From assembly GCA_963675785.1 (NCBI GenBank), contig OY776562.1, positions 224,001 to 288,000 of the forward strand: a stretch of 64,000 nt of DNA, read 5' to 3'. Position numbers and translations under genes: made by a program. The notes beneath the pieces are model-generated. The model ran no database searches. It saw only the letters and a program-made list of their open reading frames with translations, and was not told the DNA's origin. Source of the DNA: Anaerolineae bacterium. Its GTDB lineage: Bacteria; Chloroflexota; Anaerolineae; UBA1429. Position 1 is the first letter of the stretch. Every line of letters begins with the position of its first letter. Below, one piece after another: positions 30,195 to 40,750 of this stretch.

Positions 30195-32873
30195 CTAGTC
30201 AAGAGAGCCCAATCGCTCACGCAGACGCCCCAGGCGTTCCTGGTAATCTGCAATTTTGTCACGTTCGCGTTGGACCACGGCTTCTGGGGCTTTGTTAACA
30301 AACTTTTCGTTAGACAACAACCCCTCCGAGCGCTCGATCTCTGCTTCAAGCTGGGCAGCTTCTTTGCCAAGGCGCTCGCGTTCCCTGTCCAGATCAACCA
30401 GATCAGCCAGCGGGAGATAGCATTCTATGGTGCCTATGACCAGGGTCAAAGCTTTTTGTGGTACTTGATCCAGTGTCTCACTTAGCATGAGCCGATCATC
30501 GGCAATACGAGCGAGTGATTTTAGCACGTTTTGCTGCTCAGTGAGGAATTCCGTCATTTCATGACCAGCGATAATGGCAGCAATTTTGCGCCCCGGTTCG
30601 ACATCATACTCGCTTCTTGCATTGCGGATGCCGCGCACGAGTTCGATCAGGGCATCCATATTGGCCTCTGCATTGGCATTTGGGGGGCCTTCTTGCGGCC
30701 AGGAGGCTACAATAAGCGCCTCTCCCTGGTGCGGCAGATAGTGCCAGATGGTTTCAGTGGTGTAGGGCATGTAGGGATGAAGCAACCGCAGTGTACCATC
30801 GAGCACATAGATCAGCACATTTTTAGCCTGTTCGGCTGCTGGCGTTTCGCCCTCATATAAGCGAACTTTGGTTGCCTCAATGTACCAGTCACAGAACTCG
30901 CCCCATAAAAAGTCGTAAATCTGTCGACCAGCCTCACCGAGCTGGTAAACGGACAACAATCTGTTCACTTCGGCCACCAGGCTGTGGTAGCGGCTGACGA
31001 TCCAGCGATCGATCGCGTCATCAAGCTTGGCAGGATCGAGCGGATCACCACTCGGCGTGTATTTGCCGGGATCATCGCCCAGGTTACCCAATACAAAACG
31101 GCTAGCCTGCCAGATCTTGTTTGCAAAGTTGCGGTTGGCCTCGACGCGCGATAAAGACAGTTTCATATCGTTGCCGGGCGTTGAACTCGTCAACAAAGTG
31201 AAACGAAGTGGATCCACCCCGTATTCCTGCACGATCAGCAGCGGATCGTATCGCCAGGCATCCTCCATGGATTTGCTGACCTTTTTGCCATCCTCACTGC
31301 GCACTAAACCGTGTAGATATATGGTATGAAAGGGAATCTCCCCTGTCATTTCCAGTCCCAGCATGACCATGCGGGCAACCCAGAAAAAGATGATGTCGTA
31401 ACCCGTCTCCATCACACTGATCGGATAAAAGCGTTCCAGATCGGGCGTCTGATCGGGCCAGCCCAGGGTGCTAAAGGGCCACAGCCCTGAAGAGAACCAG
31501 GTATCGAGCACATCTTCGTCCTGTTTGAGATTAGTGCTACCGCATTTTGGGCAGACCGTGGGGTCTTCCCTCGAGCAAATCTCTGCGCCGCAGTTCTGGC
31601 AATACCACACGGGAATACGATGCCCCCACCAGAGCTGTCTGGAGATGCACCAGTCGCGAATGTTTTCCAGCCAATCAAAATAGATCTTGGTAAAGCGCTC
31701 GGGAATGATCTTGATGCTGCCATTGCGTACGGCTTCTAGCGCAGGTTTGGCCAGCGGCTTCATCCTGACGAACCACTGGGTGCTGATGCGCGGCTCGGCA
31801 ATGGTATGGCAGCGCTGGCAATGACCCACGGAATGGGTCAGGTCTTCGATCTTGACCAGATCGCCAGCTTCTCGCAGATCATCCAATAGGTTCTTGCGGC
31901 AAACAAAACGGTCTTGCCCCTCGAATTTGCCGGCATTCTCGTTCATGGTCGAGTCATCGTTCATCACGTTGATGAACTCTAGACCATGGCGCAAGCCCAT
32001 CTCATAGTCGGTGGGGTCGTGGGCGGGGGTCACTTTGACGGCGCCAGTGCCGAATTCCTTCTCCACAGCCTCGTCGGCGATAACCTTGATGCGGCGATTG
32101 ACTACCGGCACCACCAGCTCTTTGCCGATCATATGTTGGTAGCGTTCATCTTCGGGATGTACTGCCACAGCGGTATCGCCCATAATGGTCTCGGGGCGGG
32201 TGGTGGCCACGGTCATGCTTTCGGTATGGTCCGGCGTCCAATAGCGCACGTACCAAAGATGGGCAGTTTCATCCTCGTGCTCTACCTCGAGGTCCGAAAT
32301 GGCTGTGCCGCATCGCGGGCACCAGTTCACCAGGTATTGGCCGCGGTAAATGAGCTTCTTTTCATAGAGGCGTACAAAGGCTTCGCGTACAGCACGAGAA
32401 AGGCCGTCATCGAGGGTGAAACGCTCGCGCGACCAATCACAGGAGACGCCCATACTACGCTGTTGGTTGGTGATGCGGTCGAGGTATTCGTCTTTCCAGG
32501 CCCACACCTCTTGCACAAACTTTTCCCGGCCGAGTTCCTGGCGACTGATGCCGTTCTTGGCCAGTTCGCGTTCCACTACGTTTTGTGTGGCAATACCGGC
32601 ATGATCGGCGCCAGGCACCCACAGGGTAGCGTCGCCCAGCATACGATGGTAGCGAGTGAGGGCATCTTCAACAGAGGAGGTGATTGCATGGCCAAGATGC
32701 AGGATGCCGGTGACGTTGGGTGGCGGCATAGAGATGACAAAGGTTTTTTTGCTCTCGTCATCAACAGGCTTGAAATAACCCTCTTCTTCCCACCATTGGT
32801 ACAATGCCTTTTCGACGTTCGGAACGTCGTAGGTCTTGGCCATTTCCTCAGGAAGCGGCACTTTCCTCTTCAT
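30195..32873 (-). CDS. valS: Valine--tRNA ligase
   Basis: PPPNVTGILHLGH, DHAGIATQ, DWCISRQLWWGH, KVSKS (KMSKS variant), C-terminal coiled coil. Confidence 0.97.
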   Translation of the reverse strand: MKRKVPLPEEMAKTYDVPNVEKALYQWWEEEGYFKPVDDESKKTFVISMPPPNVTGILHLGHAITSSVEDALTRYHRMLGDATLWVPGADHAGIATQNVVERELAKNGISRQELGREKFVQEVWAWKDEYLDRITNQQRSMGVSCDWSRERFTLDDGLSRAVREAFVRLYEKKLIYRGQYLVNWCPRCGTAISDLEVEHEDETAHLWYVRYWTPDHTESMTVATTRPETIMGDTAVAVHPEDERYQHMIGKELVVPVVNRRIKVIADEAVEKEFGTGAVKVTPAHDPTDYEMGLRHGLEFINVMNDDSTMNENAGKFEGQDRFVCRKNLLDDLREAGDLVKIEDLTHSVGHCQRCHTIAEPRISTQWFVRMKPLAKPALEAVRNGSIKIIPERFTKIYFDWLENIRDWCISRQLWWGHRIPVWYCQNCGAEICSREDPTVCPKCGSTNLKQDEDVLDTWFSSGLWPFSTLGWPDQTPDLERFYPISVMETGYDIIFFWVARMVMLGLEMTGEIPFHTIYLHGLVRSEDGKKVSKSMEDAWRYDPLLIVQEYGVDPLRFTLLTSSTPGNDMKLSLSRVEANRNFANKIWQASRFVLGNLGDDPGKYTPSGDPLDPAKLDDAIDRWIVSRYHSLVAEVNRLLSVYQLGEAGRQIYDFLWGEFCDWYIEATKVRLYEGETPAAEQAKNVLIYVLDGTLRLLHPYMPYTTETIWHYLPHQGEALIVASWPQEGPPNANAEANMDALIELVRGIRNARSEYDVEPGRKIAAIIAGHEMTEFLTEQQNVLKSLARIADDRLMLSETLDQVPQKALTLVIGTIECYLPLADLVDLDRERERLGKEAAQLEAEIERSEGLLSNEKFVNKAPEAVVQRERDKIADYQERLGRLRERLGSLD

Positions 32874-32892
32874 GACATTCTCCTGCGCATGC

Positions 32893-33132
32893 AAACAAAA
32901 TAGCCCTTTTCGTCTCCGAAGACGAAAAAGGGCGTTTTCCGCGGTACCACTTCGGTTCGGCAATGATGATTGCCGCACTCTTAGCTGTAACGGGCTTTCC
33001 CGCGCTAACCTACTGTGATTTCGGAAAGCGGACTCTCAGGCGACTCGGGGCGTGCTTGCCGTAAAGAGCTCTCAGTCAGCGGCTCTTGTTTCCTGTCGGC
33101 GAGTGATGCGCCCACTCCTCCTGATCAACGTC
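32893..33132 (-). ncRNA. T-box riboswitch (Val)
   Basis: T-box AAGTGGTACCGCG (32940-32952); terminator GCCCTTTTTCGTC-TTCGGA-GACGAAAAGGGC plus U-tract; CCGTTA box; candidate specifier GTC (33042-33044). Confidence 0.9.
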
Positions 33133-33138
33133 TTCAAT

Positions 33139-33167
33139 ATTTTAACATGCTCTAGTTTGGCCGTCAA
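33139..33167 (-). promoter_or_regulatory. valS promoter
   Basis: TTGACG-N17-TAAAAT with extended TG. Confidence 0.7.
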
Positions 33168-33267
33168 TCGCGTCATTTTTGCGCATAGTGAGCTGTTGAC
33201 AGGTATCTTGAGCCCCCCTAAAATACCGGGCACAAGTCATGCTAGCAATCAGAGACTGTGTGGGTGA

Positions 33268-33924
33268 GTGGTGAGCAGTCAGGACCTAACTTACAAGATA
33301 CCTGCGGGTCAGGCCACCGCACAACTAGAGGCCAAAGCCTCCTTGTTCATTGCCACCGTGGGGCCTGCCGAATCGGTTGAGGTCGCCCGGGCCTTTATCC
33401 AGCAGGTCGCTTCCCAATATGCTGATGCCGACCATAACGCCTGGGCTTTCAAGATCACAGAGGGTCCTCAGGCAGAGATCGGTTCCTCGGACGACGGCGA
33501 ACCTGGTGGAACGGCAGGGCGCCCCATGCTGGCTGTGCTCAGTGGCAGTGATGTGCGCCAGGTGGTAGTGGTGGGTACGCGTTACTTTGGCGGGGTCAAG
33601 CTGGGCACCGGCGGATTAGTGCGCGCTTACGGGGGCGTTGCTCGCGAGGCGCTCAAGGTTTTGCCTACGCTCGTATGTCGATTGTACCAGTTGGCTACGA
33701 TCACTGCAGATTACACTTTGTACGGTAGCATCAAGTACCTTTTGCCACAGCATGATGTGCGGGTTATGGATGAGCGCTTTAGTGATGCGGTCGAGCTGGA
33801 TATTGCCGTGCCTTTTGATGGTGTGGCAAGCGTCGGTTCGATCCTGCGTGAACTGTCTAACGGGGGGATCATGTTGGCCCACTCTTTGACGGACGTTGTT
33901 TACATGGAGGACACATCAGCATGA
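33268..33924 (+). CDS. yigZ: YigZ/IMPACT family protein
   Basis: ADHNAWA, SDDGEPGGTAGRPML, RYFGGVKLGTGGLVRAY. Confidence 0.92.
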   Translation: MVSSQDLTYKIPAGQATAQLEAKASLFIATVGPAESVEVARAFIQQVASQYADADHNAWAFKITEGPQAEIGSSDDGEPGGTAGRPMLAVLSGSDVRQVVVVGTRYFGGVKLGTGGLVRAYGGVAREALKVLPTLVCRLYQLATITADYTLYGSIKYLLPQHDVRVMDERFSDAVELDIAVPFDGVASVGSILRELSNGGIMLAHSLTDVVYMEDTSA

Positions 33925-34841
33925 AAGTGATGCGAATTGGCGTTGCGCTTGTTCTGCTGTGTGTGAGCCTAGCTGCCTGTGGCAAAGAGCCTGGCGTGGC
34001 GGTGGTTGTTGGCAGCTCTGACGATATCGATCAGGTGGTCATTGGTCAACTCACGGTGATGATGCTGGAAGAATATGGCTATGACGTGGTTGACCGCGTG
34101 GGAATGGGTTCGATGGATGGTGTGCGCAGTGCCTTTGAATCGGGGCGAGTGGATATCCTCTGGGCCTACTCGGGTGATGTCTGGCAAGATATGCTTGAGC
34201 ACGATCAACCGATCAAGGATTCTGAGACATTGCTGCGTCGTATCAATGAAGATGAGGCGGCTAATGGCCTGACCTGGCTGGGCCCCTGGACACAGACGCG
34301 AAGTGCAACCATTGTCACTTCTCCGACGCTGGCATCCACAACCTATTCCATCAGCGGCTTGGCCTCGTACATGTCGTCGGTTGATCCTTCTACGAGCGTT
34401 TGCGTGCCAGAGGGTATGATGGGCGCCGTATCGGGTCTTAGCGGCCTGATAAAGGTGTACGGCATGGATTTTCTTGCCGAGGCCATCATTACTACGGATC
34501 AAGAAGGCGCGTATAATGGTGTGGCTGAGGGCACGTGCGACTGTGCTCTGGGATATACCGATTCTCTACAAGTCCGCCAGTTGGGGTTGGTCTCTCTCGT
34601 AGATAATCTTGGCTTTTTCCCCGTTTCATATATCGTTGTGGGCGTCAATCAGCGTATCCTCGATGATCCCGATCTGACCTATTATTTGGAGGCGCTTGGC
34701 GATTCACTTTCATATGAGACCCTAGATGACCTGGTGGATGACTATGTTTCTTCGGATGAATCTGACCTCGTACTCAAGACGTTTTTGCGCAATAACGACT
34801 TGCTCTCTCTTTCTCCAGAGAATGCTGTTACTGCCGAATGA
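33921..34841 (+). CDS. Glycine betaine/osmoprotectant ABC substrate-binding lipoprotein (OsmF-like, divergent)
   Basis: Lipobox LAAC, VVVGS, GRVDILWAYSG, LVSLVDNLGFFP. Confidence 0.7.
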   Translation: MKVMRIGVALVLLCVSLAACGKEPGVAVVVGSSDDIDQVVIGQLTVMMLEEYGYDVVDRVGMGSMDGVRSAFESGRVDILWAYSGDVWQDMLEHDQPIKDSETLLRRINEDEAANGLTWLGPWTQTRSATIVTSPTLASTTYSISGLASYMSSVDPSTSVCVPEGMMGAVSGLSGLIKVYGMDFLAEAIITTDQEGAYNGVAEGTCDCALGYTDSLQVRQLGLVSLVDNLGFFPVSYIVVGVNQRILDDPDLTYYLEALGDSLSYETLDDLVDDYVSSDESDLVLKTFLRNNDLLSLSPENAVTAE

Positions 34842-34857
34842 TTGATAGGTTGTGGTG

Positions 34858-36831
34858 ATGTCTTTTGCAATTGGTGTTGATACAGGTGGAACCTATACAG
34901 ATGCAGTTTTGATTGAACAGGAGAGCGGCCGTGTAGTGGCCAGCGCCAAATCTCTGACGACACGCTCCAACCTCGCTGCAGGTATCCGCTCAGCACTCAC
35001 TGCGGTCATCCAACAGCAGCATCCTTCTATTGGCATGGTGTCTCTTTCCACCACACTGGCCACTAATGCCATTGTGGAGAACAAAGGCGCGCGTATTGCC
35101 GCACTTCTTGTGGGCTATGCCGGCCGTATTCCGCCCGATGTGAACCTCGTCCGTGAACTGGGCACTGAGCAGATCGTTTTTATTCAAGGTGGGCATAACG
35201 TTGACGGCAGCGAATTCGCTAATTTGGATGAATTGGCCGTCAAACGTGTTGTTCAGCGTCTTGCAGGCGAGGTAGATGCCTTTGCCGTATCGGGCTTTTT
35301 TGGCACACGCAACCCTGAGCATGAGCAACGTGTGCGCGAGATCATTTTACGGTCAACCAATTTACCAGTTACTTGCGGCCACGAATTGACTCACGAGCTG
35401 GATGCTATCCGTCGGGCGGCGACAGTTGCACTGAACGCCAGACTGATTCCCCTCTTGTTCGATCTCATTACTGCCGTTCAGCATTGTCTCGTCGAGCATA
35501 GCATCGAGGCGCCTCTCATGGTCGTCAAAGGGGATGGTTCCCTCGTTTCAGCACCCGTGGCGCTAGAGCGCCCTGTTGAAACCATCCTATCTGGGCCAGC
35601 CGCCAGTCTTGTCGGAGCTGCATTTCTCGCCAACAAAAAAGATCTATTCGTGGCCGATATGGGGGGGACAACTACGGATATCGCCGTGCTGCGTGGCGGA
35701 CGTCCCAATATCACCGAAAAAGGCGCTCAGGTTGGTGAGTGGCGTACCATGGTCAAAGCGGTGGATGCACACACGGCCGGTATTGGCGGCGATAGCCGTG
35801 TCTACTGGGATGAGAATGGCGAGCTTGCGGTAGGGCCACGGAGGGTCATCCCAATCTCTCTGTTGGCCATGCAACAACCCGGTGTGGTCGAAACGATGGT
35901 TCATCTGGCTATGGTCTCTGAGGGGCTTGAACCTTATGCCTGGGAATGGATGATGCTGGTCAGGCCAGAGAGAATGCCTGACGATGGTGTCTGGGGAGCT
36001 GTCAAGCAGGGTCTGGCTGAAAAAGCGTTACCTTTGGTGCAAGTGAACGAGCTGTTAGTTCATCCCCAACTATATGGGCGTCAATTGAAGGACTTTGAAG
36101 CTCAAGGCGTGCTGCAACGAGTTGGATTTACTCCTACTGATGCTGCCCATGTATTGAACAAGCTTGATATTTATGATGGACGTGCCGCTTGTGTTGCTGC
36201 AGAGGCAATGACTGGCGGATCAATGACGACGACTGCGCTGTGTGAACGCGTATTTGAGCAGACGGTCGATCAGATGGCAGAATGCATCGCGCTCAAGGCA
36301 TTGGCCGAGGATGGACTCACAGATGGCTCGTCTGTGCCCTTTGGCGGCCTTGTTAGCCATGCCGTGCGCGCAAATGGGGATGGTATGTTGGGTTTTGGTC
36401 TGCGTTTACACCGGCCACTGGTAGCTGTGGGGGCGCCGGCGCATACGTTCTTCCCTGCTGTGGCCGCGCGTCTTCATGCAGATCTCTCCATACCAAAGAA
36501 TGCGGGCGTGGCCAATGCGGTGGGGGCTGTGGTTGGCTCGGTTGTGCAGGTTGCTCGGGCACTGATCATTCCCGATGAGTTGAACGGCGAGGTTCGCGTT
36601 CATCTACCTGAGGTTATGGTGCGCTGTGCCGATCTGGAGCAGGCAGAGGCATACGCTTGCGCTCAGGTTGCGGTACTGGCTGAGGCTTTAGCAAAACGTG
36701 CTGGCGCGGGGCAGGTAACGGTCTCGGTGAAAACTTTGCGCAAGACGGCCCCTGTAGGGCAAACCCCAGGAGCCACAGCTGTAATCGAGATTGTGATAGA
36801 GGCCACAGCTGTAGGACGCCCGGCATCATGA
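34858..36831 (+). CDS. Hydantoinase/oxoprolinase subunit A family ATPase
   Basis: GVDTGGTYTD, STTLATNA, SGPAAS, DMGGTTTD, GIGGDS, ANAVGA. Confidence 0.9.
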   Translation: MSFAIGVDTGGTYTDAVLIEQESGRVVASAKSLTTRSNLAAGIRSALTAVIQQQHPSIGMVSLSTTLATNAIVENKGARIAALLVGYAGRIPPDVNLVRELGTEQIVFIQGGHNVDGSEFANLDELAVKRVVQRLAGEVDAFAVSGFFGTRNPEHEQRVREIILRSTNLPVTCGHELTHELDAIRRAATVALNARLIPLLFDLITAVQHCLVEHSIEAPLMVVKGDGSLVSAPVALERPVETILSGPAASLVGAAFLANKKDLFVADMGGTTTDIAVLRGGRPNITEKGAQVGEWRTMVKAVDAHTAGIGGDSRVYWDENGELAVGPRRVIPISLLAMQQPGVVETMVHLAMVSEGLEPYAWEWMMLVRPERMPDDGVWGAVKQGLAEKALPLVQVNELLVHPQLYGRQLKDFEAQGVLQRVGFTPTDAAHVLNKLDIYDGRAACVAAEAMTGGSMTTTALCERVFEQTVDQMAECIALKALAEDGLTDGSSVPFGGLVSHAVRANGDGMLGFGLRLHRPLVAVGAPAHTFFPAVAARLHADLSIPKNAGVANAVGAVVGSVVQVARALIIPDELNGEVRVHLPEVMVRCADLEQAEAYACAQVAVLAEALAKRAGAGQVTVSVKTLRKTAPVGQTPGATAVIEIVIEATAVGRPAS

Positions 36832-36846
36832 CATAAAGTTCCCGCT

Positions 36847-36875
36847 TTGCCGAACTGCGTTGTGTCGGGTATTAT
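36847..36875 (+). promoter_or_regulatory. Promoter of the N-ATPase operon
   Basis: TTGCCG-N17-TATTAT. Confidence 0.6.
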
Positions 36876-36907
36876 GAAAGAGTGTATCGTAGACTACCTG
36901 ATATTAA

Positions 36908-38681
<1,774 letters not shown>

Positions 38682-38685
<4 letters not shown>

Positions 38686-38969
38686 ATCCCTGGTTCAAGT
38701 TCTTGCTCTGGATCTTTGTCGGCGGGTTTGCTGGGTTGATGCATCTATATCGCCTAAAGAGCCTGGTGATGCAGTCTGCTGCTTTGTCCGATGAAAAGGC
38801 GCAAAAAAATTTGACACGCTTTGCTCCCTTGCGCATCCTGATGTTCGTTCCCATTTTGCTTGCTGCGGCTTATTCTGGATTGCCTGCCTGCGTTGGTTTT
38901 ATTCTAGGTATGGTATCGGGCAGAGTGGTCGGAGCCTACCTATTCCAGTCGACAACGTCGTTAGACTAG
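38682..38969 (+). CDS. atpR: N-ATPase subunit AtpR
   Basis: Small multi-TM protein with intramembrane Arg residues (LRI, GRV) between atpC and atpB. Confidence 0.65.
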
Positions 38970-38988
38970 ATAAAAAGAGAGTACGGTT

Positions 38989-39651
38989 TTGGACAGCGTC
39001 TTCCCACAGCAAGTGCTTGGCTCTTTGCGTGACTCGGTGGTGCACACCTGGGTTATCATCCTAGCTGTTGCTGTGTTCTGCATCATCACCTTTCGCCGGT
39101 ACAGTGCCTTTGAACCGGCTCCGTGGCAGATGTTGGTTGAGCAGCTTGTAGAATATGTAGAGAATCTTGTCACCTCTACATCTGGAAGATCGCTTCCGCA
39201 GGCTACCTGCTTTCTTACAACGATGCTGATTTTTGTGGCTGCGGCGAACATTTTGGGTATGTTCCCGGGATTGAATGCGCCCACTAGGGATTTGAACGTA
39301 ACCCTGGCGCTCTCACTCGTTTCGCTGATAGCCATGTGGGTGTTTGCTATTCGGAAACGGGGGTTAAAAAGCTATCTTAAATCGCTTGTAACACCTGTTT
39401 TCATGTTGCCATTTAACATCTTGTCCATGATTAGCCGTGTTTTATCGATGACGCTCCGTCTTTTTGGCAACATATTTGCTGGGGAAATGGTCGTAGCGGT
39501 TGTGTTCTACATAATGCCGCCGATTGCCCCTCTTCTTTTTACGGTGTTGAGCCTGGTTACATCGATTCTTCAGGCTATGGTATTTACCATTTTGACCTTT
39601 GTGTTCATTGTGGATGCACTGGGTGATGAACCCGAGACAACCAATAGCTAG
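38989..39651 (+). CDS. atpB: ATP synthase a subunit
   Basis: PTRDLN, SMTLRLFGNIFAG, LQAMVF. Confidence 0.93.
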   Translation: MDSVFPQQVLGSLRDSVVHTWVIILAVAVFCIITFRRYSAFEPAPWQMLVEQLVEYVENLVTSTSGRSLPQATCFLTTMLIFVAAANILGMFPGLNAPTRDLNVTLALSLVSLIAMWVFAIRKRGLKSYLKSLVTPVFMLPFNILSMISRVLSMTLRLFGNIFAGEMVVAVVFYIMPPIAPLLFTVLSLVTSILQAMVFTILTFVFIVDALGDEPETTNS

Positions 39652-39683
39652 ACTTGGCCTTGTACTGAAAGGAGTTCCAGACG

Positions 39684-39953
39684 ATGGTTTCAGAAAGTCT
39701 TCAATTCGCGACCGTGACAACCATAACAGTTGGTGCAGCAATTGTGCTGGGCACCATCACCGCCTGCATCATGGAAGGTAAGGCGGTCGCCAAGGCCTTT
39801 GACAACATGGCGCGGCAGCCAAGTGTGGCTGACAAAATCCGCGGCTTGCTCTTTGTCTCTATGGCTTTGCTCGAATCGACCGCCATCTATGTTCTGCTCA
39901 TCTGTCTCATTCTGCTGTTTGTGAACCCATTCCAGGGTGCCTTTAACTTTTAG
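39684..39953 (+). CDS. atpE: ATP synthase c subunit, Na+-binding type
   Basis: ARQP loop, ESTAIY motif, second Glu in helix 1 (IMEG). Confidence 0.93.
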   Translation: MVSESLQFATVTTITVGAAIVLGTITACIMEGKAVAKAFDNMARQPSVADKIRGLLFVSMALLESTAIYVLLICLILLFVNPFQGAFNF

Positions 39954-39964
39954 GAGAGTATTGC

Positions 39965-40750
39965 ATGCTCGATATTGACCTGTCCACATTGCTCTGGGAG
40001 ACGGTCAACTTTTTGGTTCTCTTCCTGCTCTTGTATTTTTTGTTGTTTCGCCCCCTGAAGCGCAAGCTCAATGAGCGCTCTCAGGTCATTGCGAATACGT
40101 TGCAGAGCGCACAGGATCAGGAAGCTGAAGCTAAGCGCATGCGGCTTGAATATGAGGAGCGGCTGCGCAATGCCCAGCAAGAGGCTGATGAGCTTGTGGC
40201 CAATGCCCAGCGCGAGGCGGCCCAAAAGAGCGCTCAACTTGTGCGTGAGGCTCGTGAACGCCTTGACCGCATGACCGAGCAAATGCGCTCTGAATATACA
40301 CGCCAGCGTGAAGAGATTGTCGCGCAAAACTATGAGCGAATACTCGATGTGATCGTTGACTTGTCTGGCAATGTGGTTCAGTCGGTAACGACACGGCGCT
40401 CTCATGACGACCTTGTGCAGAACTTTATGGCTAGTATTTACCAGATGCCCCAGGAAGAAGTCACGACGTACCGCAGAGTGATGATGCAGCGTCAACCACT
40501 CGCAATTGTGACAACCCCCGTTGCGCTGACTGCTGAACAAAGCAAGACTTTGGCAGATACGCTTTCTTCGCTCATCGACCGTCCTGTCGAACTGCAGGTG
40601 CATATCGCGCCCGAACTTGTGGCCGGCATTCAGGTACGCCTGGGTGATCGCCTGATCGATAATTCAGTCCGTCAGCAGATGAATCGAATTCGTGATCGAG
40701 CAAGAAAGGACCTCATAGCAAGTTTTAGCTCAGAGGCCCAAGATGAGTGA
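39965..40750 (+). CDS. atpF: ATP synthase b subunit fused to delta-like domain
   Basis: N-terminal TM (NFLVL), coiled coil, C-terminal PELVAGIQVRLGDRLIDNS. Confidence 0.9.
   Translation: MLDIDLSTLLWETVNFLVLFLLLYFLLFRPLKRKLNERSQVIANTLQSAQDQEAEAKRMRLEYEERLRNAQQEADELVANAQREAAQKSAQLVREARERLDRMTEQMRSEYTRQREEIVAQNYERILDVIVDLSGNVVQSVTTRRSHDDLVQNFMASIYQMPQEEVTTYRRVMMQRQPLAIVTTPVALTAEQSKTLADTLSSLIDRPVELQVHIAPELVAGIQVRLGDRLIDNSVRQQMNRIRDRARKDLIASFSSEAQDE

Noticed and set aside
31986-32903. 305-aa plus-strand ORF
   Set aside because: Antisense shadow of valS
32874-32978. N-terminal extension of ValS shown in the ORF track
   Set aside because: The region is the T-box antiterminator/terminator; the RBS supports the start at 32873
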